Shown: positions 30,256 through 39,785 of the stretch, piece after piece
Layout of the letters: each line of letters starts with the position of its first letter
Numbering within the stretch: the stretch's first letter is position 1
Source of the DNA: a bacterium
GTDB taxonomy: Bacteria > SAR324 > NAC60-12
Assembly: GCA_965209155.1 (NCBI GenBank)
Contig: OZ242383.1
Coordinates: 3,840,001-3,904,000, forward strand
DNA: 64,000 nt
Direction: 5' to 3'
Made by a program: the position numbers and the translations under genes
Notes under the pieces: model-generated
Told to the model about the DNA's origin: nothing
Database searches by the model: none
The model's input: only the letters and a program-made list of their open reading frames with translations

Positions 30256-30624
30256 TCACGTCTTCAGCTCTCCGATGATCGGTGTGTCGCGCGAGATGCG
30301 CTCCGCGTTAAATTCGCCCCGGTGGCCAATGCCGAACCAGACTTTGAAACCCAGGAGATCGAGAAGCTCTTGGGAGGCTTCCTCATACACCTCCGGAAGC
30401 AACGCCATCGGATAGTTTTCAAAGGGCCTGAACATGGGCGGTTGGTAAGCGAAGGTGAGGCCCTTCCGCTCTCCAGTGCACTCGGCCTCGGCCTGCTCGC
30501 TGAGACGCTTGCGTGCTTCGGCATGCTGTTCCGGTGTCAGCGCTTCCTTGACGAGACAATATCCATGCTCGTCGATATCTCGTTTCATTGTCCCGGCGTT
30601 GCGGGTCCAAGTGGGTAGGGTCAT
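30256..30624 (-). pseudogene. PhyH-family dioxygenase with a large in-frame internal deletion
   Basis: N- and C-termini match 49859-50779, but the core with the HxD and distal His ligands is missing. Confidence 0.85.
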
Positions 30625-30667
30625 ATTGCCTCCTTTATAAACTCTGAATACTCATAATCTTTACTGC

Positions 30668-30950
30668 TTACTCAATAATTTCAAGCCAAACCATCTTTGC
30701 AGGCCCGTCTGTCATAACTGAAAATTTCTGCATGTACTCACTTTCAGGATCTCTGTTAGGATCTTTCGCGTAATTTTCAAAATCTTCCCTTTTCTCCCAT
30801 TTACACCATATGTGGACAGTGCTTTGACCAGAATCATCTGTGGAAACTCCACTTTTCAAAGAAATAAACCCAGGTTTTGATTTTGTGATAGCAAATCCTT
30901 TTGGAGACTTCAATAAATCCACAAGTTCATCCTTCTTATCTTTTTTTAAT
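30668..30950 (-). pseudogene. ABM-like (antibiotic biosynthesis monooxygenase) gene, 5' end cut by element copy 3
   Basis: Frame LKKDKKDELVDLLKSPKGFAITKSKPGFIS...KWEKREDFENY stays open up to the element boundary at 30950. Confidence 0.6.
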
Positions 30951-31512
30951 TAATCTCATTAAACCACCAGCTCTGCTGGTGCGAACCTAATAGGCTTTGC
31001 CGGTCAGACATGAGAAACGTATCCGTGTCCGTTAGCCGTGCTCGTGCTCGTGAACGGTCAGTGAATTCGACGGCACATTTTGGTTAACATAGAAACAATG
31101 CGATGAAGTAACTGTTTCCCTTCGTCAAATAAAGGAGGCTGGATGATCTTCAACACGTTTAAAACATCGAGAATAGCAGCGCATTCCATTGCGGAGCCTC
31201 GGGCAAATGCATAGAATCGTTGCTTGTCAGGAAAGGAATTTTTTCCACAGCCTTCTGCGATATTGAGAGGAATCGACCATGAGGCCCTTTTCAGTTGGTC
31301 AACTAAGGCTGAGTATCCTTTTGGCCATGTTTCGATGACTTGGACAGATAACGCTAAAAATTCGATGGAACATTGGTATACATCGAGTTTTTCATGATCT
31401 AACATGGCAGCCTTTTTCGTTCACGAGCACGAGCACGTTTTACGATGACGAACACGTTTTGCCCTCATACTGGGGGCCTCTTCAAGCCACCGGCTCTGCC
31501 GGCGGTGATGAC
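30951..31512 (+). mobile_element. 562-bp four-helix-bundle element, copy 3 (inverted relative to copies 1 and 2)
   Basis: TAAT|TAATCTCATTAAACCACCAGC...CAAGCCACCGGCTCTGCCGGCGGTGATGAC|. Confidence 0.85.
31058..31405 (-). CDS. Four-helix-bundle protein (IVS/bAvd-like)
   Basis: 115 aa, near-identical to copies 1 and 2. Confidence 0.85.
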   Translation of the reverse strand: MLDHEKLDVYQCSIEFLALSVQVIETWPKGYSALVDQLKRASWSIPLNIAEGCGKNSFPDKQRFYAFARGSAMECAAILDVLNVLKIIQPPLFDEGKQLLHRIVSMLTKMCRRIH

Positions 31513-31522
31513 TGTAACTATG

Positions 31523-31988
31523 TAACTATTCAGGTCTCTGAAAAACCCGTTCAGTTAAATATCATTAAAAAAGATTCCCGGAGAGGAGCGATCGTTTTCA
31601 AGTCCTTCTACGATATGGTTCCATCGATCAGGAACCCTCTTTTTCACTAAAACTACTTAGTGAAGGTATGATTCTAACGATATATTTTTTGAATAAGGGT
31701 CAATCCCCAAATGAAAAAAGATGCAGGATTCGTAAAAAAAAATAAAAAATCTGTCAATCAGGGAGATCCGCTTCTTTATGATCATGAGCCAAAAAGCGAA
31801 GGTTCACTCCACTATCCATCGTTTTTTCAGTGGTGATAATGATCGTAAACGCTTTGCCAGGAAGGTATATCAGAGTGCTAAGCGCTCTTGCTTCCATGGC
31901 TCTCGTTCTTTTTCCAAGAGTTCACAGGCTACTTGAAGAACCTCGAGGTGGGAAATCGATGGGTTCTCTGAAGATACCTGTATAGTTA
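31523..31988 (-). mobile_element. Degenerate IS remnant (IS5-like)
   Basis: Imperfect TIRs TAACTATTCAGGT / ACCTGTATAGTTA; minus-strand relic PLKKRWIVE*TFA near 31800-31833 resembles the IS5 RWxVERTF motif. Confidence 0.55.
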
Positions 31989-32001
31989 AAAACTACACAG
32001 A

Positions 32002-32160
32002 TTAATGCGAATCAGGAGTTGAATTTTAACTCATAAAATCAATAATTTAATAATAATGATGTGTCATTCCTGATCCTGGATCAAGTCCAGGACCAGGAAT
32101 CCAGCTGTACGTGGTAGCGGGAAATCAGCACGAACCTTGGATACCGGATCAAGTATGGAT
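32002..32160. repeat. Partial MITE copy (left TIR plus REP-like core)
   Basis: GCGAATCAGGAGTTGAA...GTCATTCC...CCTGGATCAAGTCCAGG. Confidence 0.65.
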
Positions 32161-32268
32161 TGGCTCACCCCTTTGGAAGACATTTGGGAAGATCATATTA
32201 AATTGCAATTAATTTTCGGAAGAGTATAATATTATGGTCAACGAACATTTAATAGAAAGGAGCCTGCT

Positions 32269-33249
32269 ATGACCACTCAAAATTGGACAAAATTGAAACA
32301 TATCCCCTCCGCTTACCAGTTGATCAAAGAGCGGGGATTGGCTGAGCACCTGGAAGAGTTGGATGCCTATGGTTTGACAGTGATTCCTCCCGAAAAGATA
32401 AGAGGGGACCGGATCCTGGAACGTGCGCGCGAAGCGGTCCTCCGGATTGCCGAGGAAGATACGGGAGCGAAATATGACATCGAGACAGGTTCCCATGGCT
32501 TTCAGATGAATCAAGGCAGCAATAACGGTCAGCATCTACTCTTTGCGTTTCTGGAAAAAGACCGGGTCTTCGAGGAGATTATCCAACACCCGATAGTCTT
32601 ACCGCTGATGGAATACTATCTCGGGGAGGATTGCCAGTTGTCTTCGCTCTGCTGTTTCATCAAATGGCAGGATCCTGACGGTTATGGAAAAAACTTGGGA
32701 CTACACGACGATACGGCGATGTATCCGGGGTATAGCTCACTGCCGGCGATTCCGCATGTATTCAATACGAATTGGATTCTCACCGACTACACGAAAGAGA
32801 ATGGAGCCTTTTGTATTGTGCCGGGCTCCCACAATTACTGCCGCCATCCCGAACCCGGCGAGGGGGTGGAGGAGGCGATTCCCGTGGAAGCTCCTGCCGG
32901 TTCGGTGCTGGTATTTCATGGCAATGTCTGGCATGGGGCGTTTCCCAGGCTAACTCCCGGATTGCGCCTCTCGCTCTCTTGCCATTATGTCGGACCGCAT
33001 TACCGGCTACAGGAAAACTTTCACGGCCGTATCAGTGAAGAAATGCTGGCACGTAATGATGCCCGGTTCCGGGAATTGGTCAACTATGACGATCCCTGGG
33101 GGTGGCAGGATTCCCGGGGGCCGATCCCCTGGTACATGCGCGAGAAAATCTGGGATACGTTAAATGATACAGAAAAGAAGTCGGTGAATGATGCTTACTA
33201 CAATCGAAGAAAGATAGGCAAGAATAGCACGGCGGATAGGAAAATCTAA
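32269..33249 (+). CDS. Phytanoyl-CoA dioxygenase (PhyH) family protein
   Basis: LHDD, LTDYTKENGA..IVPGSH, PAGS...WHG. Confidence 0.9.
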   Translation: MTTQNWTKLKHIPSAYQLIKERGLAEHLEELDAYGLTVIPPEKIRGDRILERAREAVLRIAEEDTGAKYDIETGSHGFQMNQGSNNGQHLLFAFLEKDRVFEEIIQHPIVLPLMEYYLGEDCQLSSLCCFIKWQDPDGYGKNLGLHDDTAMYPGYSSLPAIPHVFNTNWILTDYTKENGAFCIVPGSHNYCRHPEPGEGVEEAIPVEAPAGSVLVFHGNVWHGAFPRLTPGLRLSLSCHYVGPHYRLQENFHGRISEEMLARNDARFRELVNYDDPWGWQDSRGPIPWYMREKIWDTLNDTEKKSVNDAYYNRRKIGKNSTADRKI

Positions 33250-33299
33250 AGCCAGAATTGTAACGAATAAGTTTAAACTACAATGAGAAGGAGCCTACA

Positions 33300-34292
33300 A
33301 TGACTACTCAAAATTGGACAAAATTGAAACACATCCCCCCCGCCTACCAGGTGATCAAAGAGCGAGGATTGGCTGAACACCTGGAAGAGTTGGATGCCTA
33401 TGGCTTGACGGTGATTCCTCCTGAAAAGATAGGAGGGGACCGGATCCTGGAACGTGCGCGCGAAGCGGTCCTCCGGATTGCCGAGGAAGATACGGGAGCA
33501 AAATATAACATCGAGACAGGTTCCCATGGCTTTCAAATGAATCAAGGCACCAATAACAGTCAGCATTTACTCTTCGGGTTTCTGGAGAAAGACCGGGTCT
33601 TCGAGGAGATTATCCAACATCCGATAGTCCTACCGCTGATGGAATACTATCTCGGGGAGGATTGCCAGTTGTCTTCACTTTGTTGTTTCATCAAATGGCA
33701 GGCCCCTGATGGCTATGGAAAAAACTTGGGACTACATGACGATACGGGGATGTATCCGGGATATAGTTCACTACCGGCGATTCCACATGTCTTCAATACG
33801 AATTGGATTCTCACCGACTACACGAAAGAGAATGGAGCTTTTTGCATAGTACCGGGCTCCCACAAATACTGCCGCCATCCTGAACCCGGGGAAGGGGTGG
33901 AGGAGGCGATTCCCGTGGAAGCTCCGGCCGGTTCGGTGCTGGCGTTTCATGGCAATGTCTGGCACGGGGCGTTTCCCAGGCTCACTCCCGGTTTGCGCCT
34001 CTCGCTCTCTTGCCATTATGTCGGTCCGCATTACCGACTTCAGGAAAACTTTCACGGTCGAATCAGTGAAGAAATGCTGGCACGCAATGATGCCAGGTTC
34101 CGGGAATTGGTCAACTATGACGATCCCTGGGGGTGGCAGGATTCCCGGGGGCCGATCCCCTGGTACATGCGAGAGAAAATCTGGGATACGTTAAATGATT
34201 CAGAAAAGAAGACGGTGAATGATGCTTACTACAATCGAAGAAAATCAGGCCAGATCAGCACACCGGATAGAGATGGTAAGGTAGCAAACTGA
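33300..34292 (+). CDS. PhyH family protein, tandem duplicate
   Basis: About 13 substitutions relative to the upstream copy, plus a different tail. Confidence 0.9.
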   Translation: MTTQNWTKLKHIPPAYQVIKERGLAEHLEELDAYGLTVIPPEKIGGDRILERAREAVLRIAEEDTGAKYNIETGSHGFQMNQGTNNSQHLLFGFLEKDRVFEEIIQHPIVLPLMEYYLGEDCQLSSLCCFIKWQAPDGYGKNLGLHDDTGMYPGYSSLPAIPHVFNTNWILTDYTKENGAFCIVPGSHKYCRHPEPGEGVEEAIPVEAPAGSVLAFHGNVWHGAFPRLTPGLRLSLSCHYVGPHYRLQENFHGRISEEMLARNDARFRELVNYDDPWGWQDSRGPIPWYMREKIWDTLNDSEKKTVNDAYYNRRKSGQISTPDRDGKVAN

Positions 34293-34376
34293 AGCAGGAT
34301 GGGCTGGCTAAGCTGGTAGAGTTACCCCTCCGCCTGAATTCCATATTTAACGATTTTTATAATATGAACACTGACC

Positions 34377-35339
34377 CTACTGTTTATCAGGGTTAATCAG
34401 CAGCGTTCGTCTCAGGGATATTTTAGCTCCCCCCAAACGTCCGGCGCCTCGCAAGCGGGGGTCGAGCAGATCGCGCAAGGCGTCGCCAAACATGTTGACC
34501 CCATAGACGACGATGGCCAGGCAGAGGCCGGGAAAGAGGGCCAACAGGGGCTGGCTTTCCATGTATTTGCGGCCTTCCAGACTCAACATGCCCCCCCAAC
34601 TGGGCTGGGGCGGTGGAATGCCGAAGCCAAGGAAGCTGATGGTGGCCTCATCGAGAATGATGCCTCCGAGAGCCACGGTGAAGACAGTGATGATCGGTGC
34701 GACAATCTGGGGCAGGATGTGCCGCAAAAGAATTCTCCAGTTGGGAACACCGATAGCTCGCGCCGCCTCCACGTACAAATTTTCCTTGGCGCTCAGCACC
34801 ACTCCACGAACCGTCCGGATGTTGGCAATCCCCCAAAACGCGCCTAGTACGCTGATCATCTGGATCATGCCTGGCCCAAGTAGCGCCATCACCGTCAAGA
34901 GGATAAACAATGCCGGGAGGCTCAACCAGGCGTCGACAAAACGTTGCAGGATGAGATCGAATTTGCCTCCCCAGTATCCCGAAATCAAGCCGAAGGTCGT
35001 GGCAATTACCAGTGCGATCGCGCAACTGGCCAGTCCGACAATCATCGAAATGCGAGCTCCCTGAACCAGCCGGCTGTACTGGTCTCGCCCCATTTGATCA
35101 GTCCCCAGGGGGAACTGGAAGGAGGGGCCTTCCAGCCGGTGCTTCAGGTTGCGCTGGAGCATGCCATGGGTAGCAAGAGAGTCGGCAAAAATTCCAACGA
35201 ACAAAAAAACCAGGACGATGATCCCACCCAGCGCCCCTAAGGGTTTCTCTCGAAACAGCCGGGAAAAGAATTCCCGAAAAGGTTTTCTTCCTTTGTGTTC
35301 GGTGGAGGTTACTGCCGAGATCTTTGTTTTTGCTTCCAT
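34377..35339 (-). CDS. Peptide/nickel ABC permease (DppC-like)
   Basis: LGTDQMGRD, EAARAIG, HILP, SFLGFG, WGGML. Confidence 0.9.
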   Translation of the reverse strand: MEAKTKISAVTSTEHKGRKPFREFFSRLFREKPLGALGGIIVLVFLFVGIFADSLATHGMLQRNLKHRLEGPSFQFPLGTDQMGRDQYSRLVQGARISMIVGLASCAIALVIATTFGLISGYWGGKFDLILQRFVDAWLSLPALFILLTVMALLGPGMIQMISVLGAFWGIANIRTVRGVVLSAKENLYVEAARAIGVPNWRILLRHILPQIVAPIITVFTVALGGIILDEATISFLGFGIPPPQPSWGGMLSLEGRKYMESQPLLALFPGLCLAIVVYGVNMFGDALRDLLDPRLRGAGRLGGAKISLRRTLLINPDKQ

Positions 35340-35448
35340 TGTTTTAAAGCGGTTTGCTATGTGATTAGGGGAATCCTCATTTAATCTGTTAGCATTTTGC
35401 GATTAGCCAATGTCTTCAAGGCTAATAGCTTAAGGTTAAAGCTAATTG

Positions 35449-36402
35449 CTATCTAAACCGAATCCGCGGATCGAGCCAGGCGTAGCTGAGGTCGATGATG
35501 ATATTGATCACCAAGACAAAGATGGCCGCATAGACGTTGACGCCGGTAATGATGGGATAGTCCCGAACCTTAATCGAATCGACGACCAGCCGGCCGATGC
35601 CGGGCAGGCTGAAGATGTATTCCACTACCACCGCCCCACCAATCAAGACAGGGAGTTGCAGACCGACCATGGTGACCACCGGGATCAGCGAATTCTTCAA
35701 CACGTGCCGCGTCACCACCACCCGTTCCCGGAGGCCCTTGGCCCAAGCAGTCCGGACGTAGTCCGCTCGGAGCACTTCCAGCATCGTGTTGCGCATCAAG
35801 CGCATGGTCATCCCGGAAAGCCACATCCCCAGGATGAAAGCCGGAATGATCACCATGGACAGGTTGTCCAAGGGGTCGTCCAGAAAAGGCACATAGAACA
35901 TCGGGGGTGACCAGCGCCACCAGATGGAAGGATAAATCATGACCATCGTTCCGATCCAGAAGCTGGGCACGCAGATGAAGAAAATGGCAAGGCTGCGAAT
36001 GAGATGATCCATCTTCGTGTCAGGCCGTATCCCGGAATAGATACCGACCGGCAAGGCGATCATCAAAGAAAAGAAAATGGCCAGGAGGCCCACTTCCACG
36101 GAGACGGGCAGCGCCTCCAGGAGGATTCGGGTGACCGGCGCGTCTGTCCACATGGACCTGCCCAGGTCACCTTGCAGCACCCCGTTGAACCAGCGCGCGT
36201 ACTGGACATGGATCGGCAAATCCAACCCCAGATGTTTCCGGATCAAAGCCCTGGCATCGTCATCGGCAACAAATCGCTGGTGACTGACCATGACGTCGAT
36301 GGCATCCCCCGGGATGAAGCGCAGGCTGAAGAATACCAAGACCGAGACAATCAGCAGGGTGGGGATGACCAGGAGGAATCTTCGGAGGATATAGGTCTGC
36401 AC
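35449..36402 (-). CDS. Peptide/nickel ABC permease (DppB-like)
   Basis: GTG start; PGD, GDLGRS, DYVRTAWAKGL, LDPRIR. Confidence 0.9.
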   Translation of the reverse strand: MQTYILRRFLLVIPTLLIVSVLVFFSLRFIPGDAIDVMVSHQRFVADDDARALIRKHLGLDLPIHVQYARWFNGVLQGDLGRSMWTDAPVTRILLEALPVSVEVGLLAIFFSLMIALPVGIYSGIRPDTKMDHLIRSLAIFFICVPSFWIGTMVMIYPSIWWRWSPPMFYVPFLDDPLDNLSMVIIPAFILGMWLSGMTMRLMRNTMLEVLRADYVRTAWAKGLRERVVVTRHVLKNSLIPVVTMVGLQLPVLIGGAVVVEYIFSLPGIGRLVVDSIKVRDYPIITGVNVYAAIFVLVINIIIDLSYAWLDPRIRFR

Positions 36403-36428
36403 GGTATTTTTTTATTTTGAACTAACAC

Positions 36429-36463
36429 AAAAAAAGGAGTTGGATGGATCCATCCAACCCCTT
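36429..36463 (-). terminator. Hairpin plus U tract between the binding protein and permease genes
   Basis: Minus strand AAGGGGTTGGATGGA-TCCATCCAACTCCTT followed by a T run. Confidence 0.6.
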
Positions 36464-36489
36464 GGTGTGGATCGAGCACTTAGACGAGT

Positions 36490-38220
36490 CTACTCATCCG
36501 GGTCGCGTCCGCTCATTTGCTTCTTCATGTCTGCGTCAATCCAGTAGTACTTGACCAGGTTCAGTCGGGGCGATTCGTACCCGCCGGCACCTTCATATCC
36601 TTTAACCCACGGCTGCCAGTGGTTATACGTATTCACGCCCATCCAATTAATCCCCCAGGCCAGTTCTAACCAATGGAGATACAACTCGGTCCAGATACGC
36701 TTGGATTCGATGGGGTCCGTCTCGCTTTTATAGGCGTCCTGCAAGGCCCGCATCTTATTGTCCGCGATCGTGCCTTTGACAAAACCTGCACCGAAGAACG
36801 GGGCGTCTGCTCCGTGCCACTTGGACAAACACGCCATGTTGAGGTTATTACACCCGGTGTCATGAGCCCCCATACCGGAGTAGACTTTATCATCCGGCCC
36901 TTCCGGCCCTGGATGAATGCTGGAATACATCATGGTTTGCTCCATCGTCTTCAATTTGACACGAATGCCGACTTCTTCAAGGTAAGTGGTCATCAATTCG
37001 AAATGTTCGGCCCAGTCATGGGAGACAATCAATTCGGTGTCAAAGCCATTGGGATAGCCCGCATCGGCCAGCAGTTTTTTGGCCTCATCGGGGTGATACT
37101 CAAAGAGCTTGGCCAGGTCAGGGCGGTATTTCTTCAGCCAATCCATGCTCAGGCGTTCCCCGACCGAACAATTTTGAGGCATACTAGGGAAACAAGCGTT
37201 GCCTTTGTAAAAATCGTCACGAACTTCTTCGTAGTTGATGGCCATATGGGCCGCATAGCGGACCCGGACATCGTTCCAAGGCGCCAAATCGGCCCTCACC
37301 CAAGTGAAGAGGCCCATGACGAAGCCGGGGACAAATTTTATTTCAGGGTTCGTCTTCTCCACCGCATCTTTTTCCTCGCCACTCAGACCAAACATACTGA
37401 GGATGTCCAGCTTGCCGGAGCGCAAGGCTGCCATTTTTGTCGCCGCATCGGCAAAATCTACGATCCTCATGCCGTCCACGTAGGGGACTTGATCGTCCGT
37501 ATTGAAGACGTCTTTCCCCCAATAGTCCGGGTTCTTTATGTAGGTGGTCACACTCAAGTCGACATGATCCTCCAGCATAAAGGGTCCCGTGTAGATCCCA
37601 CTGTTTTTCGTCGTCTGCCAATCATCCATTTTGTCTTCGATCTCCTTCCATTCGGGTGCCGGAATGGCTATCAGCAAGAGATCCTGCGCCCAGATTCCGG
37701 GAACATCCGGTGCATCCATCTCCACATCAATCGTCCAGTCATCCCGGGCGGTCCACTTGAGGCGTTTGTGTGCTTCATACAAGCCGCCGGCTCTGGTATC
37801 GGCGGTGAGGATTTCCCAATCGCGTACAATATCCCGGGCATTCAATTCCCGGCCGTTTGCGGGGGGTTTATTATGGAAGTGGACGCCCTTACGCACCTTA
37901 AAAACCAGACTTTGGGCAGTCGGCTGTTCCCAGGATTCCAGCAAAGAACCTCTTAAACCATTGAGGGAATAATTCGACTGGTTCGCGAATGTAAATTCAC
38001 CGGTACCTCGCGGCCCCTTTGTTAAGTCCGACTCTAACAGGAAATCAGTGAGTAGGCCAAATTTCTCAATGCAAACACTGACATGGACGGGCTGCCAACA
38101 AGCGGCAACATTCCGTCCCGCAACAGTGATGTAGCCCCCATAGGATTGCGCATACGCATGAGACAAGGCCCCCACCAGGGTCAGCCCTGCCAAAAGAGTT
38201 ATCCATTTTTTAAAAGACAT
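36490..38220 (-). CDS. ABC substrate-binding protein (family 5)
   Basis: Signal peptide MSFKKW...AYA, YGG, ESWEQP, TGPF, NPDYW; RBS GGAGG. Confidence 0.9.
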   Translation of the reverse strand: MSFKKWITLLAGLTLVGALSHAYAQSYGGYITVAGRNVAACWQPVHVSVCIEKFGLLTDFLLESDLTKGPRGTGEFTFANQSNYSLNGLRGSLLESWEQPTAQSLVFKVRKGVHFHNKPPANGRELNARDIVRDWEILTADTRAGGLYEAHKRLKWTARDDWTIDVEMDAPDVPGIWAQDLLLIAIPAPEWKEIEDKMDDWQTTKNSGIYTGPFMLEDHVDLSVTTYIKNPDYWGKDVFNTDDQVPYVDGMRIVDFADAATKMAALRSGKLDILSMFGLSGEEKDAVEKTNPEIKFVPGFVMGLFTWVRADLAPWNDVRVRYAAHMAINYEEVRDDFYKGNACFPSMPQNCSVGERLSMDWLKKYRPDLAKLFEYHPDEAKKLLADAGYPNGFDTELIVSHDWAEHFELMTTYLEEVGIRVKLKTMEQTMMYSSIHPGPEGPDDKVYSGMGAHDTGCNNLNMACLSKWHGADAPFFGAGFVKGTIADNKMRALQDAYKSETDPIESKRIWTELYLHWLELAWGINWMGVNTYNHWQPWVKGYEGAGGYESPRLNLVKYYWIDADMKKQMSGRDPDE

Positions 38221-38814
38221 AGGTCCTCCTTTATTTTTATTCAGGTTGAAGCGATAAAAATTCTTTTTCTGCTTACGTGATATCACATTGGATTCTCCAC
38301 AAAATAATGAACGTGAAAAAGACGCACTTGTGCATTGATGATATTCCAATTCTCTCCTTGCCCTTCCGTTCCTGAGATTTGGAATGATGGTACGGTCGCT
38401 CTTATCTACCGGAAGCAGCTATACTTAAGGATCACATTATTGACCTTCCGTCCCCGGAAGAAAGTATTTTATAATTGCTTCGCAAATGGTTGTCAAATAT
38501 TTATGGCAATCATTTCACTGATGCAGCGGCTCGCAAAGCGCGTTTTCACTTATAAAAAACCTGTAATGTCAATATAATTCAGCAACCGAAAGCTGACAGC
38601 AGAAGGCTAAAAGCTATTCTGCGATAGCGACTATTTGATGAAATTATTTTATATCCAGAAATAAATCAACGCTTTTGTATAATTCGATTTATTATTATAA
38701 GCAATTTTTTTCATATTTCTTCATTTCTCGATTTAATTGCCGTGCTGGGAGAAGAGCATCCGGGCCTGCAAACCTCGTTTGCGTACTAAGCCCTCATCTC
38801 TTTCGCATCAGGGA

Positions 38815-39777
38815 CTATTCATACCGGACCCTGGGGTCCAAATAGGGATAAATCAGGTCGATGAGGAGATTGAGCAGGACTACCCCGGTGGCGAAAAAGA
38901 GGTTGACTCCGGAGACCACGGGGTAGTCTCTTTCCTGGAGGGCAACCAACAGCAGACGCCCGAGTCCCGGCAGGTTGAAGATGTTCTCCATGATCACGGA
39001 GCCCCCCACCAGGATGGGCAACTGCAAGCCAATCAGGGTGATAACCGGAATGAGGGCATTTTTGATGACGTGCCGGATAATCACCACCCGTTCCCGGAGG
39101 CCCTTGGACCAGGCCGTTCGGATATAGTCCTGCCTTAAAACCTCCAGCATCATGGTGCGCGTCATCCGCATGGTAGCTGCCGCCATGGCCGTCCCCAAAA
39201 TCAGGCTGGGAAAGAAGAACATCCCCAGGTTACCCAATGGGTCTTCGCTGAAACGAATCAGCTTCAACGGCGGCGACCAGCCCCACCAGAGGGCCGGGTA
39301 GATCATCAGCATAATGCCCAGCCAGAAGTTGGGCGTGGCCAAGCCGATGACGGCGATGCTGCGCCCCAGGTAGTCGGCGGCGGTATCCTGGCGAATGGCC
39401 GAGTAGATGCCCACCGGCAGGGCGATCACCAGCCCGATGAGGATGGCCATGAGGCCAAGCTCAAGGGTGACCGGCAATCGTCCGATGATCTTCTCCTCTA
39501 CCGTCCAATCGCCCCACAGTGATTGGCCCAGGGTACCGTGCCGGAATATACCGCCGATCCAACGTCCATACTGCACGTAGACCGGCACGTCCAGTCCCAG
39601 CATCTGCTCGAGCGTGTCACGTTCTAATTCTCCATAGTTCCCCACGTGTTCCATCCTGCCCACCATGGCGTCTATGACATTGCCCGGGATGAAGCGCACC
39701 GAGAAAAAGACCAGGATGCTCAAGAAGAAAAGGGTGGGGATGATGAGCAACAACCGCCGGATGATATAGACTCTCAT
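38815..39777 (-). CDS. Peptide/nickel ABC permease (DppB-like)
   Basis: DYIRTAWSKGL, RDYP, LDPRVRY. Confidence 0.9.
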   Translation of the reverse strand: MRVYIIRRLLLIIPTLFFLSILVFFSVRFIPGNVIDAMVGRMEHVGNYGELERDTLEQMLGLDVPVYVQYGRWIGGIFRHGTLGQSLWGDWTVEEKIIGRLPVTLELGLMAILIGLVIALPVGIYSAIRQDTAADYLGRSIAVIGLATPNFWLGIMLMIYPALWWGWSPPLKLIRFSEDPLGNLGMFFFPSLILGTAMAAATMRMTRTMMLEVLRQDYIRTAWSKGLRERVVIIRHVIKNALIPVITLIGLQLPILVGGSVIMENIFNLPGLGRLLLVALQERDYPVVSGVNLFFATGVVLLNLLIDLIYPYLDPRVRYE

Positions 39778-39785
39778 GGGAGACC

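Noticed and set aside
3686..31405. Diversity-generating retroelement suggested by Avd-like genes
   Set aside because: No reverse transcriptase in the window, no TR/VR pair, and differences between copies are not adenine-specific.
36673..37956. Long antisense ORFs (427 aa here; also 9216-10091 and 24866-25546)
   Set aside because: Shadows of well-supported genes on the opposite strand, with no recognisable motifs.
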